Below, in pieces: positions 52,601 to 64,000 of a stretch of 64,000 nucleotides of DNA. A program made the translations under genes and the position numbers. Within the stretch, counting starts at the first letter, position 1, and every line of letters starts with the position of its first letter. Under the pieces are notes generated by a model that did not search any database, was not told the origin of the DNA, and saw nothing but the letters and a program-made list of their open reading frames with translations. Source of the DNA: Chrysomallon squamiferum (taxonomy: Eukaryota; Animalia; Mollusca); contig CM022673.1 in assembly GCA_012295275.1 (NCBI GenBank), positions 3,782,001 to 3,846,000 of the forward strand, in the 5' to 3' direction.

Positions 52601-53459
52601 ACTTATATTAAGAACAAAATTGGAAACAAGAGTACAATTTCCCCTTAATTTTCTATATATAATATTATATAAATATATATTTATGTGACTTGCTTTATAT
52701 CTAACATCCTTCACATTCCAGTATCTACTTCTCTGACAACCGAAAATAAAAAGCTTCTTATTTTAATAAAGCAATCTAATAATGAGTAAAATATATATAT
52801 ACATTATTTAACCCCTCTGAACGAATAACACACTTCTGTTCTTTCTTATAATTAAAAAAATAAAATAAAATAAAAATAAAAATCAGTGGGTACTTATCAA
52901 CATTTCTACAAAATGTCATGTTAACAGACCTTTTCAAATATTTAACATTAATATTAAAAAGTGACATTTAGGCTGAGAAAATACAAAATTAGTTTGCCTT
53001 GGCATTAACGTGAACCTTTGGCGCTATATTTGTAATACGACTCACAAGCACAAGGAAAACAATAGTAAAGTTTGCATTGTGATAAAAGTAGGGAACAAAC
53101 TAGTCAGTTATAACATATCAGCTTTTTCCTGCGAAGGTTAGAATGGCGATGGGAGTAACCAGTTATTGTTATTATTCTTTTAATCCTGCAATCATCAATA
53201 GTAAAAAGCTAAATGAAGCTGAACTGTTTATTTTCTCATCTTTCCGCCCACGTAATGCACGTATGTATGTGTTACGTTTTATTTCATTGTTTTGGGATTT
53301 TGTATATTTCTATTTATTTTATATTTGTTTTTGCTTTTTAATTAATTATATTTTTGTTGTGTTTTATTGTTGTTTCTATTTTATTTTGATTTTTCTCGGT
53401 GGATAATGGGAGTGGTAGTATTCCGTTATCAAACAAAACTCTCAGCCTTCATCTGTTCA

Positions 53460-53505
<46 letters not shown>

Positions 53506-54584
53506 GTAGTTTTCCAATTCATATTGTAATGTGAGATAATGAGTTAGTGAATACAATTTTAGAATAATGGCTGAAATTCGATCAAGTGGTGTAGGCGTTA
53601 ACTGTCGCGAAAAGATCAAGAGACACACTTTTAAATCTTGTTAAATTGATTTTCTTGTTTTTGTATGTGTCTAGGTATGAATGTATCGTTAAGTATATAT
53701 GTATGTATGTGTGCGTATGTATGTATATATGTATGTATGTATGTATGTATTTGTGAATGTATGTATGTGTCTGTATGTATGTGTGTCTGTCTGATTTGTG
53801 AACATATCATCATCATCATCATCATTTTTATTATTATTATTGTTGTTGTTATTGTTGTGTTATTATTATTGTTATTATTATTATTATACACGTAGGTATG
53901 TATTCACGTATGGTTTTATGAATATTCATCTTCACTTTATGTCTATATTATTATTATCATGAAACTAATTACCTGTATCTGAACAAATGACTCTGGATTA
54001 ACTTACAATGAACCCGTTCTAAGTATTAATATATTAGCTGAGTGAAAGAAAACAACAACAACATATTCAACCAGGACGACCACCTGACACACAAACACAA
54101 AACTATCTGAGATTCATTATTCTTTAATCCGACCTCGTCACTTCTCTCTCGTCTTAGTTCGTTTGTTTTCTTCCTGTTTGTATTCAAACAGTAATTAAAG
54201 CAAAGTAGCTGTTTGTAAACAAGGTACTGCACATGGACACTTCGAGTTTTCCAATTAACGAAATATATATTATTCACTTCTTCTTCTTGCTCAAAGTAAT
54301 AGCACTGACGGAAGAAATACTACGAAGTCCTATATCTTATTTAACAATGTCGTGTCGGCTGCCGATGTAGTTTGGTATGTTTAATATATGTGTGTTTGTG
54401 TGTCTGTTTGTGTCTATGTGTGTTCGTGCGTTATTTAATTGTAAATGAGTAAAGGGACAATTGATAACTGAACGATGAATTAAACAAGCAATAAAAAGAA
54501 ATAGATACAGTTGCAATCTAAATATCTTATTTTATCTTAAAATATTGATTTGGTTGACGTTGGTAAATTGCTACAGAAAATGTA

Positions 54585-54699
<115 letters not shown>

Positions 54700-56284
54700 A
54701 TAGATATACGAGTGGGTGAATGTGCCTGCATATAAGTGTTAGTTCGTTAATGTTTTTACATGTGTGTATCCCAGACAGATTACATGTATTAACAAAATCA
54801 TACAATATATATGGGGCACGCACACACACGCTTTTTGATTTCTGTTTAATATTTTCTTTCCCTGTTCCCTGTTTGTCAATTTTTCACGCACTCTCTGACA
54901 TCTGCCTGCACGGTCTATTATCGTTATTATTACTGCTTACAAGCTTTTTAAAAACGCTTCAACACTGGTTATGTTCCTTCTGCCAATCAACGATCAACTC
55001 AGTCAAAACTGAAGGACAATTAAAACGGCACTGCACGTCGATGAAAAGCATTATTAACTTTCCTTTCTCTTCTTTTCAGTTTTCAATTCAAAACATCATC
55101 CAAGCAGACAGTTTTATTTTATTAATTTTGATTTCGTATCTCGCTACCAGTTATTAAACTGTCATTCCATTACATGCACGAGAAGAGGAGATATTAAAAA
55201 GAAAGCTCCTGGAAAATAGTCGAACTAATATGTTGTTAACTACATATCCTGTGGTTATTGGGTTTTTTTTGCGATAAAAAAAAAAAAAAAAAAAATGTGA
55301 ACCTCTGTCCGAGGTGATATAACTGAAGTCATCAATAACTCTGCTGATCGGTACTAAACACACAGACAGATCGTTCACTGACACAAATGGATGTCACCTC
55401 GTGTTCCAGAGCTCGGTTTTATTACCCCCAAGTTAGTCTGTTAACATGTTAACATGTATCTAATTTCCCTCTCTGTCCAAACAGCCAAGATCGGTTCTCC
55501 ATAATGTGACAAATGGAACTGAATTGCCTGGCCATTATCCGCAATCTTGGCACATCAACTTTCTGCCTCGGTGATCGTCGGAAGCAAGCCAAATGGCAGA
55601 CAACAAAAGGTCCGAAATTGGAAAAAGCGCGCCAGTTTAATAACGTGCGGCAAGGGAGGTAACTGCGAACGCAGCATCAGTCGCGGCGGAAGCTGTATCT
55701 CTTCATCATGGTTGAAACCTCAAACGCTTTCAGCTGATGAGATTTTGCGCGGTTGAATTGAGAACGATTGCATGGCGACCAGAGATAAAATACGTTTTCA
55801 ATGGCCTGTTGGCTGAGCTCAAATTGACTGGGACTGCAAGCTTGAGCAGGCACAATTAAAACATTGCGACGCATAAACAAGGGATACAGTTTTTATCGTC
55901 TTATTTGGACAAACGAAGCCGTCGTCAAAACAAGACGAATTGAAACGAGATAAATGCAACTGTAAAGTCCGGTTTTATGGCTCACAAAGAAAGCGTTCAA
56001 TAATTAACTGAGTTTCAATGAGTAGAGAATAAATCTCGAAATTAATTAGTTTTTTGCCCTCTGTTTAATTACATGTTTCATGCATATTTTATTTTTGATC
56101 ACCTCGTTAGCTCTTCAGTGTGTCCTTAGACTGATTAAATAGCAACAATAGAGAATAAATTGGGAAATTAAAAAATGAAGAAGAAAAAAGAACAAATGAT
56201 TTAATTTAACTATTTTAAAATAATAATAATAATAATAATTAATATAATAATAATAATAATAATAATAAAATTAATAATAACATT

Positions 56285-56344
<60 letters not shown>

Positions 56345-56684
56345 AAGAATATGACGAAAAAGAAGGAAAGCAAATCATTGTAGTAGCTCTTGTTGAAGAA
56401 CATTTCTTAATTTACGCTAGTAAAAATATTTCTTTTTGTTCCATTGACATATCAAGTGTGAAATAAATCCTTACAGACATCGAATACAATACACTTAATA
56501 TCACCACACAGTTTTTTGGATACCTTCATCGTTGTATCTGGTTACAATAATTAGTTTCTGAATAAATAAATAAATAAATAAATAAAAAATTAGAGAAAAT
56601 AATGAATGTTAAAAACAACGAAATTAAATAATTTAATAAAATAAAAATAATAAAATAGAAGTTTTTTTGGTTTCTTTGACGTTT

Positions 56685-56697
56685 GTCACCAGGTAAC
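56685..56697. promoter_or_regulatory. RFX X-box motif GTCACCAGGTAAC in the VGLUT intron
   Basis: Matches GTNRCC-N-RGYAAC. Function untested. Confidence 0.35.
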
Positions 56698-57620
56698 CAA
56701 ATTCCGCTAATAAAAAAATTTGACTTCGATAGAGGAAAAACCGGTTTCACATTTTTAAAGACGTTTAATGCTTTTCCGAACGCTAAAGATTAAGCTTGGA
56801 AAAAAACGGTTGAATACGTTTTGATAAAAACATCATGTTTCCTAATCGCTGAAATATCGATAAAAACTATTTTAATATGCTGAAAATAAAAGAAAAAGAC
56901 AATGATTTTATCTTTGTCAAAGCTGAGGTTATCAAGTTAAAATCATGAAGAAATGAATATTACCGAAGTTACAAGTTAAATCCAAGCTTTCAGAGTGAAG
57001 TCAAAAGGATATTTTTGAAAATGAAAAACTGATGACTGACAAGATAAAATCGTAAACTAAGTATAACTAATAAACCTGAAGACTAAAAATTAACCGCTTT
57101 TATCAAGAATTTCAATATTAAAAAAAAAAAACATTAACCAAGAATAGCAAAGTTAAAAATGAACCCCAGATTTTTATTTAAAATAATTAAAACATCGTAA
57201 AAATTAAACTATCTAAGAAGTCAAAAATACTAAACTAGGAACACACGTTGATTACTTTTTAAAAAAAATATACAACTTTCATGTGTGAAGTGATGAACCT
57301 GCTGCTTTCAAATTCTCGACTTTTGTGTCGACATGAAGACACAATGCACGTACCTTACCAGATTCAGATCCACCACGACTGACATTTTTTAAGTTCAGTC
57401 CACGAAGTCTCGGTAATTCAGTTACACTTAAAAACATTATACTCCGGTCCATGAACTTTCCCTTCGCTAGCTTAGAGCAAGCACACTAAGTTATTATATG
57501 CTAATGTAATTAATTACTGACACGGCTAATGGCTTAAAAGCACGTACTTTGCGATGTTATCCCCGAACCTAAAACTAATATGAAAAATAATAAAGAAACT
57601 CTTTTAGCAAATACAAGTAG

Positions 57621-57652
<32 letters not shown>

Positions 57653-57932
57653 AGAGGATGGATAAGGAATATAAAAATTCGTCCTAATATTACTTGATAT
57701 ATTAATAAAGCGAAACCACATGACATGGGCGAAGTGAGTTATTATTTGTATGGAGAATTGATTGGCGCTTGGCAAATACCACGCAGAATTCTCTGTTAAC
57801 ATTTACATTTGTTTTGTGTTCGGAAAGCTGTTAGCCTCATTATTTTTCACTTTAGTGCAAGCAAGAATCAAGCGTTCAGTTTGATAATGACGGGGGGAAA
57901 AAGAAGTTAAAAAAAAAAAAAAAAAATTAACG

Positions 57933-57965
<33 letters not shown>

Positions 57966-58595
57966 AAGAAAAAATTAACGAATATATATATAAAAATAAT
58001 AATAAAAAAAAAAAAAATAAAAAAAAAATAATTAAAAAAAATCAATACGTGCGTAACCTTTTTATTAGACCCAGTCTATTGCCACTACAGAGTCCATTAT
58101 TTCGTTCCGCGGCCGGCGTTCCAACGAGCGCTCGCCCTAAGCGCGGGTCAACCTCGCTTGTGACTCTGAACGGAACGTTGTAACGTATTTAATTGTCGCC
58201 AGTCGAATCGAGTGTCAGAAAATGACAGGTCCGGTTTCTTTTTTTGTTTACTTCGTGTCGGGCTCATGTTCTAACTATTGACTCTCACTATTGATTTTAC
58301 CAGTGGGCAAACTCGGAATCTGTCGGCCTAGCTTGCTAACGGAACGAAGACTGTTTGGCCCAGAAGGCTTTGGCAACACCGATAGAAAATTATTGTATCG
58401 TTATATAGTTCCTGATGCGGCTGGTTTTTAACACGATACGTACGCGAGCACAGCCACAAACACGTACACACAAATACACAGTCCATATGTGTTATACACC
58501 CACACCCACACACACGCACGCACACACATATACACACATACATACATATACATGTATATATATAAAAATGAAAATTCGCGAATGAACAATATTAT

Positions 58596-58684
<89 letters not shown>

Positions 58685-59083
58685 CCCCGACATAATTGTG
58701 TACACCAGTTAAATTATAAAATGATGATCTTATATTTGAATTATCAACATGACTGTCCTCCTCCCATTATTCATCATGTCTTCCATACGACAACCACAAA
58801 CACAAATCAAACACAATTCTACATCTGCTATAAATTTCATTACAGCCAAATCAATGTTCCACCTCTTTACGTTCGCCAGTAAGTGTAACAGGTTGTCTTT
58901 AAGGCTCGAGTTCAAGGCGAACGTTCTAAAACGAGTGCCCAGTGCTGATTCAAACAGATTTTAGAAACGCTTGTGTTACTCACTGATCTTTTCCTAAGAT
59001 TTTCCAAACCAGTAACAAAAGTACTGTTAAAGCCTTACATGATGTGAAATATATGGAATCTGTTTAAAAAACGTTATTGAAGT

Positions 59084-59197
<114 letters not shown>

Positions 59198-59855
59198 ACC
59201 TATGTACATACTCACTTTCATCGTAGAAGCAGAGACATTTGACACTAACAATACATTTTAATAATTCAGCGAAAATAGATAAATAAGGAAAGGAAAAGAA
59301 GAAGTATAAATAATTTATATTCAAATCTTTTCCAGTTATTCTTTTTTTCTTTTTCTTTTTTTTTTCTTTGATTCTCATATCCTTCTAACTTTCCTTACTA
59401 CTTTCGCAGCATTTCACCCTTAAATTTCCTTTCAATTATTCTTCTTCTCTGTTTCTTTACAGCTTTTCCCTTCAGTTTTCGACCTTCATTATAGTTTCTT
59501 TCGCTTTCTTTTCTCAATTTCAAACCTGCCAGCAACGCATTTTCTCAGTGGTTCACGTGACATCTGTTTACAACGCGCGTTCCCATTGGATGTGATTGCG
59601 GTCCTGTGAGAAATGTTATTTCTGAACCTTAATCAAGGAGCTGCTAAAAAGAACACAAAGTGAACGCTGACACAAGACATCTCCGCCACAGATCAGCTGA
59701 ACCGTCTTTTGTCGTCTGGGCTGTCATCTGCAGGTTTCTGCAATCCTGGGTTAATTTAAGAAAGTCTTATTATTTAATCTTTTCTTTTTTTTCTTGCTTC
59801 TTCTTACGTCTTTGGACTCTGGGTACAAATTCATCGATTTGAACTGTATTTTTAC

Positions 59856-59944
59856 GCGGATGAATACGTGGTGGTCTGTATTGTGCCTTTAATTACTGGT
59901 GCGGATGAATATGTGTGGTCTGCATTGTGCCTTTAATTACTGGT
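59856..59944. repeat. Tandem duplication of about 45 bp
   Basis: GCGGATGAATA..GTGGTCTG.ATTGTGCCTTTAATTACTGGT occurs twice. Confidence 0.88.
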
Positions 59945-60931
59945 GTAGACTTAACAAGGAAAAAAAGAAGAAAAAAGAAGAACATCTGTTCACTGCACGA
60001 AATAAGTCAAACATTGTATGTTCCGTGTTCTTTTCAGCACTAATTAAAATAATTTTGCTTATTTATATAAAAGTTCTCTGCTAGGTTATTACGTTCGTGT
60101 CCAAGGGTAAAAATGTACTTTGTTAAGGAGAATAACTGTGTGTGTGTGTGTGAGTATGTGTGTGTGTGTGTGTGTGTATATGTATGTATACATATGTATA
60201 TATATATATATATATAGTACTAAATATATTAACTTAAATAGCAGCCTGCGAGTGATTACCTTAAATTTATAAGGATAAACTATAAAAATACCTTCACTGT
60301 TATGGGAAATTATTACAATTTTTTAATGGTTACAAATATTTCCGACAGCAGAAATAATTCTTCATTAATATATATATCTTAATCTAATTTAATGGTTACA
60401 AATATTTGCCAGAACGGAAATCACTTTTCGTTAATATACATGTAACACATCTCAATTGCCTGATTAATTTATCTTTGAAATAACTCACGTGATACGATTC
60501 TGCAAGACCAGATCCCGATTTAATCTGAATTAAATCCATTTAATTCTGTTTATTAGGGCTTATCCGAGTGCGATTTTTCTCAAAAGAACTTTATTAACAG
60601 ACGCTATAGAATCTTCTCTAAGTTCTGGCAAAGGCCTGGGGGGCAAAGAGGAAGAGTCTAAGAACCGCAAACATCATTAAGGCACCACGGAAGCAGGAAG
60701 AGATTAAAATTTGAGCCGATTTTATTTGTAACGTGTTTGTAATCTTTTTCTCTGTTTGTCGAGGAATTTTGAAAGATTATAGGGTTGAACACGGCACGGT
60801 TTTGGTTTGAATTGTCGTGTGAAATCGTCTTTTTTTTTTAAACTTGTGTATGTACACTCTGATATAAAACAGACAAAAAGAAAGATGTATAATCCGTAAT
60901 GTGAAGAAGGTTAATAATAACAGCAATAATA

Positions 60932-60976
<45 letters not shown>

Positions 60977-60979
60977 ATG

Positions 60980-61041
<62 letters not shown>

Positions 61042-61663
61042 CTGTATTCATAACTTTACTTGGGACTTTTTAAATTCATTTAAAACATTCAAAAATAATT
61101 TTTTCTTTGATGGATTTTGTAAGCTTTGGTTCACAAAAGCTTTATAAATATATTTGTTAAAATAAATGAATAAATAAATAAGACACAAATTTTAAAAAAC
61201 GTAAAAAAAAAAATATATGAAATTATATAACGACAGAAATGAATGGATTTTTTTTCTAGTTAAAAAACGAAAACGAAAAACGAAATCCGGATATTGCAAA
61301 AATGAAGACTATTAGTTTAAAAAAAATAAATTAATAATATGAAAATCAATATGTTAAATGAAAATGGAGATAGGTAATTTAACTTCCAGATATAAAAATA
61401 AGGTTTCAGCATGATGTTATCCGATTTTAATTTATTTCTGAAGATTCTTAAAACCCCCTCGCTGTAAGTTAATTATGTTCAGCAGTCAGTGGAAACGTGT
61501 TTTCAAAAGCATATTGTTGTTGCATATTTGAAGAGGATATTACAAAATACGTAGTACAAAAAGTAAAAACTTCATTATTATTGAAAAAAAGTTGTTCTCT
61601 AACTGGTGCTTCATAATATATAAAGTAAGAGAGGAAATGGAGAAAGAGAGGAAGAAGGACAGG

Positions 61664-61776
<113 letters not shown>

Positions 61777-62464
61777 TAAGACAGAAGAACGATACAGAGA
61801 AATAAAGTAATCCTAATCCTAAAGACTTTACTTGACAAAAAAATAATAATAATAATAATAATCAATCAATCAATCAATAAATAATAATAAAAAAATTAAA
61901 AATTAAATAAATAAAAATAAGTAAATAAATAAATAAGTAGATGGACATATAAATAATAATAACAAGAAGAAAAAGAAGGTGAACAACAACAACAACTACA
62001 ACAACAGCAACAACAGCAGTAATAATAACAATAATAATCCAATCACCACAGTCTATCTCGTGTGTACGTATTAAACTACGGTTGTTAATCCACATTTTAT
62101 AAACTACTCCAATCTGTCAACGTCTGCAGATATGACAGAAATACAGTTCTTTTCTGTTCTTCGTGTGAACTACAGACTTGAAATGTAGTGGAATGGATCG
62201 GAATTAATTCTATAACGGTAACATGTCTGGCGGAAGTATAGTGTCATTAAGAACCAGACAGAAGACACAGATGAATGCTATAAAAACGATTAGTTGTTTT
62301 TATCGTATTATTTAATATCTGAATGTAAAGTGACGCATCCGATACAGAAAAATGTATAGAGGAGTTTTTACACACGTATCCGTTATACTGGTTCAGAATA
62401 CATCTGTCATTCTCAAAAGAACGCGATCGAATCTCGTCAAGAGTACTGTCTAGAAACTTTTCAA

Positions 62465-62542
<78 letters not shown>

Positions 62543-62798
62543 AAATGTTGTGGTTTTGTTTTGTTTGTTTAGCCTTCAAATTCAGTATCGTTATCACAAA
62601 TGCTGAATTTCCACGATCTCCATCCTAGACATACATTGCATTAATAATTGTGATTATCATTACGGGCTTGTTTAGATAATATATGTTAACTGTGTATTGT
62701 TTTATTTAACTGTCTGATGTTTTACGTAGCTGTGTATGTCTTTTTTTTTTCTTTTTTTTTTGTAATGAAATTTTGCACTGGTGAAATTCGTGTCTTAC

Positions 62799-62909
62799 CT
62801 GATATGGCAAACCCACTGAATCCAACAGCCAGAGTGAGACAAACGATTGACGTGGCAGTGTCCCGGGTGAAGCCAACGCCCAGCAGGAACACGGCTTCCA
62901 TTCCAAACC
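62799..62909 (-). CDS. VGLUT: Vesicular glutamate transporter exon (GFGMEAVFLLGVGFTRDTATSIVCLTLAVGFSGFAIS-G); the gene continues beyond the right edge of the window
   Basis: GFGMEA and LAVGFSGFAISG are hallmark VGLUT1-3/EAT-4 motifs. tttcag| acceptor, CAG|GTAAGA donor, 111 nt, phase 1/1. Confidence 0.95.
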
Positions 62910-64000
62910 CTGAAACGAACCAGTTTGATAATGATGTTGATGATGAAACAATAATCCTACGATCATCGTGATGATAATACAAGTAATAATAAATAAGATG
63001 AAGAATGAAAATAATGGTGACGTTGGTCGTGGTGGTTTGAAGATGTTGTTGCAGTGATGATGGTACTGATAGTGATGATGGCGATGGCAATGAAGATGTG
63101 ATTATGATGATGATGACTTGGTTGTGATGATGATGATGAACAAGAATGAGGAAAGAATAGTGTAAGTGACGAAAAGGAAAAAACAACAGCAGTGATATTG
63201 TTTTAAATGATTTTTTTTGTTTCATTGGGTGTATTGTTAGTGGTGTTGGTACTGATGCTGAAGTTGTAATCATTATTGTCATCATCATCATAATCATCAA
63301 CATCATTATCATCTATCTGTTGGCTTGACCTTTACACACTGAAGCTCTGTTTACTAAATTTCACTTATTTCAGTATGTCCATAAAAAAAATAATAGTAAT
63401 GAAAATAACAACAATAACAAAATTTATAAACATTTTTTAAAAATGTGTTAAATTAATATTTTGAATTTTTGTTCTGTGTTAAAGGGATTTACGTATACTA
63501 TCTCTTACTAAAGATTGTGAAAATTTAAATTTGGTAATAATCTCTGGCCAGTTAAAAAGCTTTTAAACTTGAATCAATTGACACAGTTTCTTTTATGAAA
63601 TATTTCGTAAGACCCCTTAAATCATTAGGCAGTATTCTGAATTTTTCAATTTAATATTAGATTTGATTTTGAAATTATTGGTAATTTTAAAAATATTAAA
63701 AAAAAAAGAAGAAGAAAGAAAAGAAAAGAAAAGAAAAAAAGAGAAAAAGTAAAGCCCCCCCCCACAGAAGTTAAAAAAAGAAAAAGAATTTAACGAAATG
63801 AAAAGAGAATAAGAGAACGAATGAAAAAAGAAGCATGATGACTGAGGTGATTATGATGATGATGGTGATCATTATCATGATGAGGATTGCTGTTTTTGGT
63901 TGTGGTGTCGGTTGTCTTCTTTAAAAATAGAATGAACTAATAAGAACACAAAGTAATTAATGACTAAGAAATTAGTGATATTAATTAAATATCAGTTAAT

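Noticed and set aside
51830-52714. Long ORFs with poly-N, poly-I or poly-L (272, 246, 185, 161 aa)
   Set aside because: These are triplet microsatellite read-through. Only 51998-52143 on the minus strand is a real VGLUT exon.

Overview
Animal genomic DNA, very AT-rich and dense in microsatellites, so nearly all ORF-track entries are repeat artefacts. The composition resembles a mollusc, probably a coleoid cephalopod, but the taxon is inferred. Manual splicing gives three genes. (1) The 5' end of an unidentified minus-strand gene: one internal exon at 1103-1306 and up to three candidate alternative first exons (donors at 5718, 10235, 21063). A sharp CpG-poor to CpG-rich switch near 10.2 kb matches the 10235 exon. 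(2) A complete, intact 7-exon plus-strand Cys-loop receptor gene (23901-32314, 434 aa). It resembles a nicotinic acetylcholine receptor alpha subunit but has lost most of the acetylcholine aromatic cage and has an atypical pore. (3) The last three exons of a minus-strand vesicular glutamate transporter (VGLUT/SLC17A6-8, eat-4 like). Also present are a Tc1-type MITE, an internally deleted Tigger/pogo element, several minisatellites and tandem duplications, and CpG-rich non-coding islands with RFX, GATA, E-box and CSL motifs. The best candidate for new biology is the divergent nAChR-like subunit, which is probably not acetylcholine-gated and may be sensory.
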